This document shows positions 46,658 through 56,573 of a stretch of DNA of 64,000 bases, one piece after another (the first letter of the stretch is position 1; each line of letters starts with the position of its first letter). The notes beneath the pieces are model-generated. The model did no database searches. It saw only the letters and a list, made by a program, of their open reading frames with translations, and was not told the DNA's origin. Origin of the DNA: a virus; IMG/VR virus record IMGVR_UViG_3300025115_000004, positions 14,045-78,044 of that record; one strand, 5' to 3'. The position numbers and the translations under genes were made by a program.

Positions 46658-47615
46658 CGCAACAAAATATTACGCTTACTTCGATAAATTCCACGGACCG
46701 GTTGAACAGTCCTCTAATGGTTGGTACGTAACCAACTGTCCTTTCTGTGGTAAGAGGAAGTTTGCTATCAATCTGGATTATGGTACGGGAAAGTGCTGGA
46801 GAGGTTGTCAATCGACTACCTTATTGACTGAGATCATTATGAGGTCCCACGGAATTACGTACTATGATGCCCGGGAACTGGTAGAGTCTATGCATGATGG
46901 CCTTCAGTATATTCCGGAATCTGTATCTAAGTATGTTAAGGTAGATATGCAATTACCTGCCGGATATACTCCTATACTGTCTGGTACCGGGGTTATGGGT
47001 AATCGTGCTAGAGCTTATTTAGAGGGTCGGGGCTTTGATCTGAACTATATGGATATGATAGGAGTTGGGTACTGTCAGGATGAAGGACCAACTCTAGAGA
47101 CTAATTTCTTCGGGTACATAATAATACCTTTCAAGAAGCAGGGCATGTTAGTGTATTATATTGGCCGGGATTACATAGGGAACTATATCCGGTATAAAAA
47201 CCCTCCTAAGGAGATGTTTGGTATTGGTAAGGCAGAATTAATATTTAACGAAGAAGCTCTTCAGTTATGTGAGAAGGTATATGTCACAGAGGGATGGGCC
47301 GATGCTTCTACTATAAAAAGAGCTGGGACATCAATACAAGGAGCTATCTCCAGTCCTTATCAGAATAATTTACTTATTAAGAGTCCTGTTAAGCAACTTG
47401 TTATCATTCCGGACGCTGGATATTACCTAAATGGTCTTGTTATGGCCAAGGCCTTAATTCCTTATAAAGAGGTCAAGGTATTGAATATGGATAGTGTAAA
47501 AGAGTTCGGTAAGGATGTAAATGAAGTGGGGGTAGAGAGGGTGTATGCTTTGGAAGCTGAGACACCATTAGCATCCAGACCTTGGATTTATAAAGAGATG
47601 AGAGCGCATGCGTGA
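46650..47615 (+). CDS. DNA primase (Zn finger + TOPRIM)
   Basis: CPFC..CWRGC; TEGWADA; PDAG; KDVNE. Confidence 0.88.
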   Translation: MINATKYYAYFDKFHGPVEQSSNGWYVTNCPFCGKRKFAINLDYGTGKCWRGCQSTTLLTEIIMRSHGITYYDARELVESMHDGLQYIPESVSKYVKVDMQLPAGYTPILSGTGVMGNRARAYLEGRGFDLNYMDMIGVGYCQDEGPTLETNFFGYIIIPFKKQGMLVYYIGRDYIGNYIRYKNPPKEMFGIGKAELIFNEEALQLCEKVYVTEGWADASTIKRAGTSIQGAISSPYQNNLLIKSPVKQLVIIPDAGYYLNGLVMAKALIPYKEVKVLNMDSVKEFGKDVNEVGVERVYALEAETPLASRPWIYKEMRAHA

Positions 47616-48513
47616 TCCTAGTATCCATATCAGAAAGTCAGACCTTACCCGGTTACTGGAACCTTATGGCATAGGAGAGCGGGATGTTTATGATATTATG
47701 AGGAAGGCCAAAGAACATTCTATAAGGGATAGGGTATTTATCTCTACTAAGGCAAAGCAGGCTCGTAAGATGAAAAGAACTGTTGAGGCTGAATCTGATA
47801 CCTTTGAGGTCTTTCACAAGATATATTCAGCTATAATGCTGGAACAGAGTATTATGTCTACCAGTATTAAGAAGGATTCTCCTATGTATTTGAGTTATAA
47901 GGAAGTAGCTGATCAGGCTAGGACTTTCTGTGATTCTATGGGTTTGTCTTATGAAACTGGTTTTCGTTTTTATATCGAAAGTGCTATCAAGGTTATAGGT
48001 AAGAGAAGATATTCTTTATACAGATTAAAGGCTGCTCATGCTAGACTCCTTGATTACTACAAAGCTTATAAAGTGTGGAAAGAGGATAGTAAGCCGATAG
48101 AGACCATTAGGATGTATCAGGCATGGCAGAAGACAGTTCTTAAGAACTTTGCAACTACCCTAGATGTAATGGATGATGTGACCAAGATGGTTCATTTTAT
48201 CTATTGTAGGGAAGATGCCGATGCCCTTGGAGCTAATTATGATGACTGGATGGGGGCACAGTTTGATAAGTGGTCCTATCTGAATATTATCCCGGAATTC
48301 AGTGTACTCTATGGGGATAATGCTAAGCTTGTCTATAAAATGTACATGGCGAAACAACATAAAACTGATAGTAAAGATGAAAGAAACTACTTCAACAAAG
48401 TTCGATCGATCGAAACAGTACCGCTTAAAGCCTTACAGCAGCAAGAGGAAGCTCGCGCGAGACGCGTACAAAAGGGCTTACGAGAAGCAGGATCGGGAGA
48501 TAATGGAGTCTGA
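47608..48513 (+). CDS. Hypothetical replication-module protein
   Basis: 301 aa, coupled to primase. Confidence 0.7.
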   Translation: MRDPSIHIRKSDLTRLLEPYGIGERDVYDIMRKAKEHSIRDRVFISTKAKQARKMKRTVEAESDTFEVFHKIYSAIMLEQSIMSTSIKKDSPMYLSYKEVADQARTFCDSMGLSYETGFRFYIESAIKVIGKRRYSLYRLKAAHARLLDYYKAYKVWKEDSKPIETIRMYQAWQKTVLKNFATTLDVMDDVTKMVHFIYCREDADALGANYDDWMGAQFDKWSYLNIIPEFSVLYGDNAKLVYKMYMAKQHKTDSKDERNYFNKVRSIETVPLKALQQQEEARARRVQKGLREAGSGDNGV

Positions 48514-48853
48514 GGGGCAGATAGTATGTCGTAGCTGTGAAATACTATTGATATCTCCTTCAGGCAGAGGACTAAGACCTTGGGGTCATAGTCACAATCT
48601 TCCGGTTAAACATTTTCCTCTTCTAGAGGCTGATCCTAAGAACTTTGGCCCACGGTGTCAGAACTGGGGAGGGAGAAAGGGATGTCATGAGAAATTGGAT
48701 GAACCAGACTTCAGGGAGATAGTTAAGTTCAAGGATTTTGACGATTTGATGCGTTATCGCTATGAGAAGAATGAACTAGCTTATAATAAGTGGGTTACAC
48801 AATTAAACGATTTAGGTATTAATCCGGGATGGCCTTATGCGGATAACTATTGA
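48377..48853 (+). CDS. HNH/NinG-like nuclease
   Basis: CRSC...HSH..P...N...C......CH; likely start ATG 48377. Confidence 0.65.
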   Translation: MKETTSTKFDRSKQYRLKPYSSKRKLARDAYKRAYEKQDREIMESEGQIVCRSCEILLISPSGRGLRPWGHSHNLPVKHFPLLEADPKNFGPRCQNWGGRKGCHEKLDEPDFREIVKFKDFDDLMRYRYEKNELAYNKWVTQLNDLGINPGWPYADNY

Positions 48854-50348
48854 TAATATCAAATGTAAGATAGATATCGGTGGGACCGATTATCTTATCG
48901 ATCCTGATCTGATGAAGAGGTTTAGGGAATATATGTCTGTTGATGTTCCGGGGGCTCATTTCATCAATCAGAGGCTTCCTTTTCACTATGACGGGAAGAA
49001 ATATTTCATTACCCCTAAAGGAACAATGGCTACAGGGTTCCTACCAGTATTTCTACGTTATATTGATCAGGAGTATCCGGATTTATCTGTAGAGCTTGTA
49101 GATGCTAGGGGCTATATCCCAGAGCTGCGGGAAGAGCCTATCACTAAGGTTAGTGATGATTGGGATATGATCGAGCAGTATTCTTATCAGAAAGATTTGA
49201 TAATGAAGTATAGCCATCATATATCCTTTAGGGGACAGGTATTGAAGTTTCCTCGCGGGGTAATTGATGCTGCCACCAATGCTGGTAAAACAACTATTCT
49301 GGCAGGTCTGTATAAGAATCTGAAGAGAGAAGAGAGAATGCTAGTGATCATCCATAGTACTACCATATTCAAACAGTTAGTTAAGGATTTCAAAAAGGTT
49401 TTCCCAGAGGTGGGGGAGATTAATGCTTCTAAGTATTCAGTTAAGCCTTTTACTGTGGCTATGATTCAGACTCTATATTCTCGTAGGGATGATCTTAATA
49501 TCAGAAAGGATCTGGCTTCTTTCACGGTATTAGCTGTAGATGAGTGTCATAGAGCTGGTAGTGCTCAATATGCTAAGGTTCTGGTTCATTGCCCTGCGGC
49601 TATGAGAGTGTTTCTATCAGGTACCGCTTTTGACACCTCTGATGTGGTCAACTCATTAGTGATTACCGGGTTGTCAGGAGACAAATTAGGAGGGGTTGAA
49701 AAGAGGGAGCTAATGGATAAGAGAATAAGTACCCCGGTTAATGTAGAAGTGTTACTATGTAATACTTCTTTGAAACAACCGGTTCTGGATTATACAGAGT
49801 GTATGGATGAACTTGTCTATTACTCCGAACAAAGAGTGAAGTTGATAGTGGAGGTTATTAATAAGAGATTTATATTAGGCCCCGTCCTTATCGCAGTCAA
49901 TTTTATTCATCACGGTGAGTTCCTTTTGGAAAGGTTGAACAGGTATTTGTGTCCTGATAAGAATGACCTAGACGTTATTGTGTGTAAACTTACTCACAGT
50001 GAGGATGAGAGGCAGACGGAGACAATAGAAGCTTTTCGAAGAGGTGATTTTGATGTGTTAATAAGTACAGGTGTTCTTCGAGAAGGAATCAACCTACCTC
50101 TTATACACACTCTGATATATGCCGAGGGGGGTCTATCCATGGTCCACATAAAGCAATGGATGGGGAGGATAGAAAGGCTTCATGAGTCCAAAGATGTAGC
50201 TGTGATGTATGACTTTTATGATATAGGTAGATATGTTCAGAAACATTCAGAGAAAAGATTATCGGTGTATCATAAAGAGAATCTTCCAGTTAACCTTCAT
50301 TTCGATTTAAAGGAAGCTAAGAAACTGCGATCTAAGATTGCTAGATAG
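48837..50348 (+). CDS. Superfamily 2 (UvsW-like) helicase
   Basis: ATNAGKT, DECH, SGT, EGINLP, QWMGRIER. Confidence 0.88.
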   Translation: MRITIDNIKCKIDIGGTDYLIDPDLMKRFREYMSVDVPGAHFINQRLPFHYDGKKYFITPKGTMATGFLPVFLRYIDQEYPDLSVELVDARGYIPELREEPITKVSDDWDMIEQYSYQKDLIMKYSHHISFRGQVLKFPRGVIDAATNAGKTTILAGLYKNLKREERMLVIIHSTTIFKQLVKDFKKVFPEVGEINASKYSVKPFTVAMIQTLYSRRDDLNIRKDLASFTVLAVDECHRAGSAQYAKVLVHCPAAMRVFLSGTAFDTSDVVNSLVITGLSGDKLGGVEKRELMDKRISTPVNVEVLLCNTSLKQPVLDYTECMDELVYYSEQRVKLIVEVINKRFILGPVLIAVNFIHHGEFLLERLNRYLCPDKNDLDVIVCKLTHSEDERQTETIEAFRRGDFDVLISTGVLREGINLPLIHTLIYAEGGLSMVHIKQWMGRIERLHESKDVAVMYDFYDIGRYVQKHSEKRLSVYHKENLPVNLHFDLKEAKKLRSKIAR

Positions 50349-50388
50349 CATAAAATTTACTATATTTGTAGGGTAAATTATAGAAGAT

Positions 50389-50760
50389 ATGGCTATAGGT
50401 GACGAGAATAAAACTATTAATATTTTAAGTGCAGAACTCTTTGATAAGATCAGGGGGGCTACCTATGAGCATGATATATACAGTGCTGTTCATACAGCTA
50501 TCTCCCGGGCACTTACAATAGGTAAGGATTTCTACGGGAATCCTAATACTATTTACATATACTCGGGGGATAGACAGTTAATGACCATGCCCTCCATAGA
50601 TGCAGCTGCTTATTGTTTGGAGGTGACTCACAAGCAGATAAAATCAGTATTGAATAAGGATGAGGATATTAACGGATTAATTTTAAAAACGAAAAATTAT
50701 GTCAACACAGAACTCAAAGCTAAAATCAAGGAGAGTGAGAAGAGCGCAGAGACGGCTTGA
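50389..50760 (+). CDS. NUMOD1-like HTH protein
   Basis: IYIY.......PSI.AAA..LEV....IKSVL; TATATTTG at 50361. Confidence 0.55.
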   Translation: MAIGDENKTINILSAELFDKIRGATYEHDIYSAVHTAISRALTIGKDFYGNPNTIYIYSGDRQLMTMPSIDAAAYCLEVTHKQIKSVLNKDEDINGLILKTKNYVNTELKAKIKESEKSAETA

Positions 50761-50854
50761 CTCTGCTACAGCTATTTACCAACTTGCTAAGAGAGTAGAC
50801 AAGGGAGGTAAAGGTAAAGGTTTCACAGCCCCCGGATCAAAAAAACATTGGTAG
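50699..50854 (+). CDS. 51-aa highly basic protein (not in ORF track)
   Basis: A-rich start context; MSTQNSKLKSRRVRRAQRRL...GKGFTAPGSKKHW*; stop one base before ATG 50856. Confidence 0.55.
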   Translation: MSTQNSKLKSRRVRRAQRRLDSATAIYQLAKRVDKGGKGKGFTAPGSKKHW

Positions 50855-50855
50855 T

Positions 50856-51293
50856 ATGAGAGTACCCAGAAAGAAGGCTTCACAGGTTGATCTACTGAAG
50901 CCTGTGGAGGTCATAACCGATCAGACTGATTGTTTTGGTACCGAGGAGTATAATCCACGTTCAGGGGATTGTGCTTTATGTGCGGATATTGAGCTATGTG
51001 GACTTAAGTATCAGGAAGTTGTGGAGAGGAAAGTAAAGAGTGTAACCGAAGCTAAAGGTCCTTTCGTAGATTCTATAAACACAGCTGCTATTGATTGGAG
51101 AAAGATAAAGGATAATATTGTCAAGTATCAGGATTCAGATCCTATAACCATCGAGGAGCTTGTTGAGACTATAACGAAAGCTGCGGGTATCAAGGATGCT
51201 AACATGGCTCTTCAGTACGCTAGGGCTCAGATGATGAACTTAAATATTGTTGAGGATGACGGAAAGCTCAGTTCAGAAGATACTAGTAATTAG
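50856..51293 (+). CDS. Cys-cluster hypothetical protein upstream of the polymerase
   Basis: DCFG..Y.....C..C.....C. Confidence 0.65.
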   Translation: MRVPRKKASQVDLLKPVEVITDQTDCFGTEEYNPRSGDCALCADIELCGLKYQEVVERKVKSVTEAKGPFVDSINTAAIDWRKIKDNIVKYQDSDPITIEELVETITKAAGIKDANMALQYARAQMMNLNIVEDDGKLSSEDTSN

Positions 51294-53745
51294 GGAACAA
51301 TCTCTCCCGGTCTCTTCAGATAGTTATAGACTATTTGAGAGGGTCTTATATGATGTGGTTAAAGTTCCGAGAGATAACGTAGTAGAGCTGACTCTTACAG
51401 CTTCTCTGGCACCTATCAAGGCTATTAACCCTACCGTTATTATAGCTATAGGGGAAAAATGTCTTAACTTTCTCTGTAACTTAAAAGGAATTACCAGATA
51501 TGCTGGTACTGTACAGAGGGTTGGTGATTATCAGGTTGTTCCTATAGTTTCCCCCGGTTATATTACCCACAACCCTAATTATCTCAGGAAGTTTTCCGAG
51601 GACGTACTTCTTGCCTATCAGTTATCTATAGGGATGGATCAGATAGAGGTCAAGAATGCTTACAAGATAGTAACTTCTTATCAGGATATCTTTGAGCTAG
51701 TGGGACATATCAAGAAGACTAAAATATGTTGTTTTGACTTTGAGACCACAAAGCTTACTGATATGGGGACATTTGATCCTAACTTTTACTGCACACTACT
51801 TTCCATATCCTTTCAGCAGGGGTCGAGTTATATTATACCCCTATGGCATCCTGAAGCTAATATGTCGGAGACTCTGATAAGTCAGATCATTGATCTTCTT
51901 AATAAAGAAGTATTTGGGGATCATTCTATTGTGAAGATAGGACATAACCTCAAATTTGATATGCATTGTGCGGTCTGGTGTGGTATTAACCGGTTTAAGG
52001 GACCCTTCCATGATACAATGGCTATGCACTATCTATTGAGTGAGGATACATCACACAAGCTTAAGGACCTTGTACGAGAGTATTACCCTAGATTCTCTAA
52101 CTATGAGGAAGATGTTAAGGGGAATTGGAGTACAGTACCATTGACTGTACTAGCCAAGTATGCTGCGTTGGACTCTGATCTTACATTAAGACTTTATTGG
52201 GAGTTTACCAGAGAGTTATTGGAGACTGATGAGAGATTATACGTCTTGTTTCGAAACATGATTGCTCCAGCTACTGTGGCTCTTTTCTATATGGAGGAGC
52301 GGGGTATGTTGATAGATAAGGCATATCTAACTAGGGCTATATCATTGGTAGATACATATATAGATGACACTATAGCCCGTATGCGTAATTATCCTGAAGT
52401 GGTTAGGTTTGAAGCTCATAGGAGAGAACACTATAAAGAGGTTCAGATAGGCCTCTTGCAGGAGCGTATAGAGAAGTTATCAGCTACAGAGTTTAAATCT
52501 AAAGTAGCTCAAAATAACCAAGTGGTCAGGTTAGCTAACCTAAAGGACGAACAGGCTAAGTTGAAGAGTGGTGAGATAGTACCTCAGTATGATAACTTAA
52601 ACTTTGATAGCCATCTACAGCTTCAACAGTTATTATTCTCCCCTGATGGATTTGCTTTTAAGGTACCTAAGTCGCTAAATAACTCTGAGGGCACTTCTAC
52701 AGCTAAAGAGCATCTGGACCTGATTAAAGATAAGACCGGTTTTATAGATGATTTACAGGCATACAGGCAGCTCCAGAAAGTGAGGTCGACTTATCTCGTT
52801 AGTATCTTGAATAAACTGGATGATCGTCATAGGATACACACCACTTTTAACCAGCCGGGGACTAAGACTGGTCGATTATCTTCTAAGAATCCCAATCTAC
52901 AGAACGTGATAACAAGGACTAAGTATAAGAGTGTGGAAGATGCTGTAGCCTTTGTTAAGGGTTCTTTTAGTGTCCCAGAAGGGTATACCATGGTACAGGC
53001 CGACTATTCTCAGGCTGAGCTCCGTATTATAGCTCACTACGCTGATGAACACACCATGATTGAGGCGTACAATAATGGTATAGATATGCACGAACTTACC
53101 GCGGCTAACTCAAGAGGTTATACCTTAGAAGCTTACAGAGCTCTTGATCCTAAGGAGTATAAACAATATCGATTCGAGGCTAAAGCAGAGAATTTTGGGT
53201 TTATATATGGTATATCCCCGGAGGGGTTTAAGGATTATGCAAGAACACAGTACGGCATCACCATCACTCTGAAGGAGGCTGAGAAACGTAGAGAAGCTTT
53301 CTTTAAAAAGTACCCGGCCTTATTAAAGTATCATTCGGATTATGTAAATAAGGCTCGAAAATTTGGTTATGTTCGGACCTTCTTTGGTCAGAGAGTAAGA
53401 CTACCCGAAATTCATAGTATTAATGGAGGTAAGAGAGGACATGCTGAGCGTAATGCTATTAACTCTCCAATCCAAGGAACGGCAGGACAGATGACAATAT
53501 TTGCTGTTGCATTACTTCATATAATATTACCCTCTAACATACATATTGTCAATACTATACATGACTCTATTATATTCTACATCCCAGATTCCATGTTAAG
53601 TAAGGTGATTCCTGTTATACAGCACGTAATGGAGAATCTACCTATACTAACCTATTTCGAGAAATCCTTCGATAAGGTTAAGATGGTATCTGATATTGAG
53701 GGAAGTAAGAAATCATGGAAAGATTTAGGTAAATTATCTTTGTAG
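51256..53745 (+). CDS. polA: Family A DNA polymerase with 3'-5' exonuclease and a degenerate N-terminal UDG-like domain
   Basis: Exo DFETT, HNLKFD, YAALD; motif A DYSQAELR; motif B R..AK..NFG..YG; motif C IHDS. Confidence 0.95.
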   Translation: MTESSVQKILVIREQSLPVSSDSYRLFERVLYDVVKVPRDNVVELTLTASLAPIKAINPTVIIAIGEKCLNFLCNLKGITRYAGTVQRVGDYQVVPIVSPGYITHNPNYLRKFSEDVLLAYQLSIGMDQIEVKNAYKIVTSYQDIFELVGHIKKTKICCFDFETTKLTDMGTFDPNFYCTLLSISFQQGSSYIIPLWHPEANMSETLISQIIDLLNKEVFGDHSIVKIGHNLKFDMHCAVWCGINRFKGPFHDTMAMHYLLSEDTSHKLKDLVREYYPRFSNYEEDVKGNWSTVPLTVLAKYAALDSDLTLRLYWEFTRELLETDERLYVLFRNMIAPATVALFYMEERGMLIDKAYLTRAISLVDTYIDDTIARMRNYPEVVRFEAHRREHYKEVQIGLLQERIEKLSATEFKSKVAQNNQVVRLANLKDEQAKLKSGEIVPQYDNLNFDSHLQLQQLLFSPDGFAFKVPKSLNNSEGTSTAKEHLDLIKDKTGFIDDLQAYRQLQKVRSTYLVSILNKLDDRHRIHTTFNQPGTKTGRLSSKNPNLQNVITRTKYKSVEDAVAFVKGSFSVPEGYTMVQADYSQAELRIIAHYADEHTMIEAYNNGIDMHELTAANSRGYTLEAYRALDPKEYKQYRFEAKAENFGFIYGISPEGFKDYARTQYGITITLKEAEKRREAFFKKYPALLKYHSDYVNKARKFGYVRTFFGQRVRLPEIHSINGGKRGHAERNAINSPIQGTAGQMTIFAVALLHIILPSNIHIVNTIHDSIIFYIPDSMLSKVIPVIQHVMENLPILTYFEKSFDKVKMVSDIEGSKKSWKDLGKLSL

Positions 53746-53822
53746 GTTATAAATATTTCATTATATTTGTAGGCTTGTATTTAGGCAATATTGCCACATA
53801 AACAACTTTAAATTACTGAAAA

Positions 53823-54887
53823 ATGGCAGGTTTAGATGTCGAAAAATTGAGAGCAGCTCAGGAAGAGCTAGAGAAACGAACAAGTTCATCCAGTAAGGGA
53901 TGGCTACAATTGGGTAAAATGGAGGAGGGGTCTGTAGATATCCGTATCCTTGATCCTCTCCCGGAAATGGATGGCCTCTATTATTTGGAGGTGCCTGTAT
54001 GGTGGGTCGATGGTACAAGAGTGGTATCTCCTCAGCTTCTGGGTGAGAATGATGTCATTCAGGAGGCTATAGATGCCGCCAAGAGCAGCAGAGATGCAGG
54101 TCTTCTTAAACTTATCGAAGCTAAAGGTGAAAAGGGGAAGAAGATCCAGAAAATCTTTGAGTATTGGGTTCCGGTACTTCAGTTCCAGTGGGATGTGAAC
54201 CGTAATGAGGAGATAATCAACATCTATGATCCTTCAGGTAACCCTGATGTGAACCTCATCCAGAAGTACATTGTGGACAACCGGGTAAAGATTCTGGTGG
54301 CCAAGATTTCTGCTCTGAAGGATATTAATAAGATCGCTACCTCCAGAGGTGGTGGTGTTATGACTGATCCTGAGAAAGGTTTCAACGTGATGATCACCAA
54401 GAGTGGTAAAGGTAAGGACACCAAGTACGGAGTGGTGAAGATGGATTCTCTGCCTATGCCGGTTGAATTCTATGCTCCTCCGAAGATGACGAACCCGATG
54501 CTTATTGCTCAGGCTCTGATGTACACAGATGAGTATATGGATGCGGTAATTGGTAAGTATCTGTACAATGAGCCTCTCCCGGAACTGGGTGACGAACATT
54601 ACAGGTATCCTGAGGTGAGAGAACAGTTGAAGTCTCAGTTAGCTGAGAACGATACGGAAGAGCAGGCTGCGCCTCGTCCGAGGCCGGGCAGACCAGCTCC
54701 CGCAACTTCTCAGGAACCTGCCCCGGCAGCCACAAATACTCGACAGGCTCCCGCAAATCAGTCAGCTCCTGCAGCTTCAGCGACTCCGGCTCGTCATCAG
54801 AGACCAGCAGCTACCGGAGGTGCACAGGCTCCTGCTCCTGCAGCTACAAGGGGTCGCAGGAACCTTCTGGATGATATGCAGCAGTAG
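53823..54887 (+). CDS. Single-stranded DNA-binding protein (gp32-like)
   Basis: IRILDP, TDPEKGF...ITKSGKG.DTKY; disordered C-tail; TATATTTG at 53762. Confidence 0.7.
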   Translation: MAGLDVEKLRAAQEELEKRTSSSSKGWLQLGKMEEGSVDIRILDPLPEMDGLYYLEVPVWWVDGTRVVSPQLLGENDVIQEAIDAAKSSRDAGLLKLIEAKGEKGKKIQKIFEYWVPVLQFQWDVNRNEEIINIYDPSGNPDVNLIQKYIVDNRVKILVAKISALKDINKIATSRGGGVMTDPEKGFNVMITKSGKGKDTKYGVVKMDSLPMPVEFYAPPKMTNPMLIAQALMYTDEYMDAVIGKYLYNEPLPELGDEHYRYPEVREQLKSQLAENDTEEQAAPRPRPGRPAPATSQEPAPAATNTRQAPANQSAPAASATPARHQRPAATGGAQAPAPAATRGRRNLLDDMQQ

Positions 54888-54890
54888 AGC

Positions 54891-55382
54891 ATGAATTCGA
54901 AGGATTATAGCTACACCTTCACAGGCAATCTATCTCCAGACTGTCATCGTCTGGAGATAGACCATGCCTCCGGTTTATCTAGGGTTCTCAAAAGCCTTAT
55001 TAACGATAAGCTAGAGATCACGATCAAGAAGTTTTATCGTAAAAGGAGTCTAGCCCAGAATAACTGGATATGGGGTCCGTGTATTATTACTATAAGGGCA
55101 TGGATGAAAGAGACTACAGGAGTAACTCCACCTCCTCCGGAGGCTATATATGCTTATATTCGACAGCATCCGGAGATGGGGGCACAAGAGATTGAACTCT
55201 TCGCTATAGATGGTATGGAGGTCTTTACTTTTAAAGGTAAAGCGATCTCAGAGATGACTACCGTAGAGTTCTCAGAACTGGTGGAGAGGATTGTATTATT
55301 TTACGGGGAGAAAGGGTTAGAAATTCCTCTCCCTAAACCTAAATCAAACAATCTTATAACAGATTTTCTTGATGACAACTAG
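54891..55382 (+). CDS. NinB/Orf-like recombination protein
   Basis: KRSLAQNNWIWG ... SEMTTVEFSELVERI. Confidence 0.7.
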   Translation: MNSKDYSYTFTGNLSPDCHRLEIDHASGLSRVLKSLINDKLEITIKKFYRKRSLAQNNWIWGPCIITIRAWMKETTGVTPPPPEAIYAYIRQHPEMGAQEIELFAIDGMEVFTFKGKAISEMTTVEFSELVERIVLFYGEKGLEIPLPKPKSNNLITDFLDDN

Positions 55383-56349
55383 TTCAGAATTAGCTATCGT
55401 CTTCTCAGATGCTCATGTCCATAAACATAAGCAATTTAACGAGAATAACAGGAGATTGACCAACGGTATAGCCTTGATAGATAAGGTATTTGCCTTTGCT
55501 CACCGGAATAACATAAAGTACATTCTCTTTGCCGGGGATATGTACGACCAGATGAATATAGTAGCAACAGAAGCTAGTACAGCTATACTAAGCTGCTTTA
55601 AGACAAACTTTGAAAGGTATTCGGATATCCACTTCATTGCTATTAGTGGTAACCATGATCAGGCTTTCAAGAACCTCTATGATACCCCCGCTGAAACAGC
55701 TCTGAGGCATCTCACCATATTTGACAACTTCCATTTGTTGGATAATGAGGGTAGATTTAAGACCTCTCTAGGTGCCTGTATAGAAGGCATTCCTTATTAT
55801 GAGTATCCAGAGGACTTTAAGAAAAGGTTACAAGAAATAGGTGATGATCTACCTTGTAGGCGTATACTATTGACGCATCAGGTAATAGCTTCCGGGCTTC
55901 CTATCGAGGATCATATTGAGCCTGTTGATCCTTTATTTTCTCCTTTTGATATGATATTCAATGGACATCTTCATACACCTCAGGAGGTTACCGACAAATT
56001 TGTTAACGTGGGTAGCCCAATGCATCGCGATGCCAGTGATACAGGGCAGAGGAAAGGCATATGGGTCGTAGACCTGTTGGACCCGGTAAGTGGTCTAAAT
56101 TTCATTGATATTACTTCTTGGTTTCCTCAATTTATATACAAGATTCAGGGATCAGTTCTTACAGACTGGGACAAGGAACAATACGTTGTATGGGTCCCCG
56201 AGCCTATTATTACCAAAGAGGACGATAGGAAGATCGTGGAAGAATTCTCTACAACGGTGGCCCCGGTAGATATTATAAAATCTTACTGTGAGGCTGTTTG
56301 TAGTAAGAAAGAGCTCCAAGCTAAGCTATCTTATGGACTGAGTCTATGA
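55369..56349 (+). CDS. SbcD/Mre11-like nuclease
   Basis: SDAH, AGD, GNHD, TH, GHLH, GSP. Confidence 0.9.
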   Translation: MMTTSSELAIVFSDAHVHKHKQFNENNRRLTNGIALIDKVFAFAHRNNIKYILFAGDMYDQMNIVATEASTAILSCFKTNFERYSDIHFIAISGNHDQAFKNLYDTPAETALRHLTIFDNFHLLDNEGRFKTSLGACIEGIPYYEYPEDFKKRLQEIGDDLPCRRILLTHQVIASGLPIEDHIEPVDPLFSPFDMIFNGHLHTPQEVTDKFVNVGSPMHRDASDTGQRKGIWVVDLLDPVSGLNFIDITSWFPQFIYKIQGSVLTDWDKEQYVVWVPEPIITKEDDRKIVEEFSTTVAPVDIIKSYCEAVCSKKELQAKLSYGLSL

Positions 56350-56573
56350 CGAAGAAAATTCCTTGCATATGTCCCGAAAGCACTAAACCTGTTCAGAACC
56401 GGTGTTGGGTTATTGTGGCGTACAGACAGAGATATGTAGGTCATATGAGTGGTGTGCTTGGTAGCAAATGGGTACCTTCTGAAGACTCTACTCTTAGCTG
56501 TCCTAAATGTGGGGCTATATGGCGCACGGATGATGAATGTGTTGAACAATTAAAAAATAGAAAAGATGCATAA
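56346..56573 (+). CDS. Small Zn-finger protein
   Basis: CIC ... CPKCG. Confidence 0.6.
   Translation: MTKKIPCICPESTKPVQNRCWVIVAYRQRYVGHMSGVLGSKWVPSEDSTLSCPKCGAIWRTDDECVEQLKNRKDA

Noticed and set aside
7046-53745. Introns or inteins in terL, helicase or polA
   Set aside because: Reading frames are continuous, lengths are normal and no intein splice motifs were recognised
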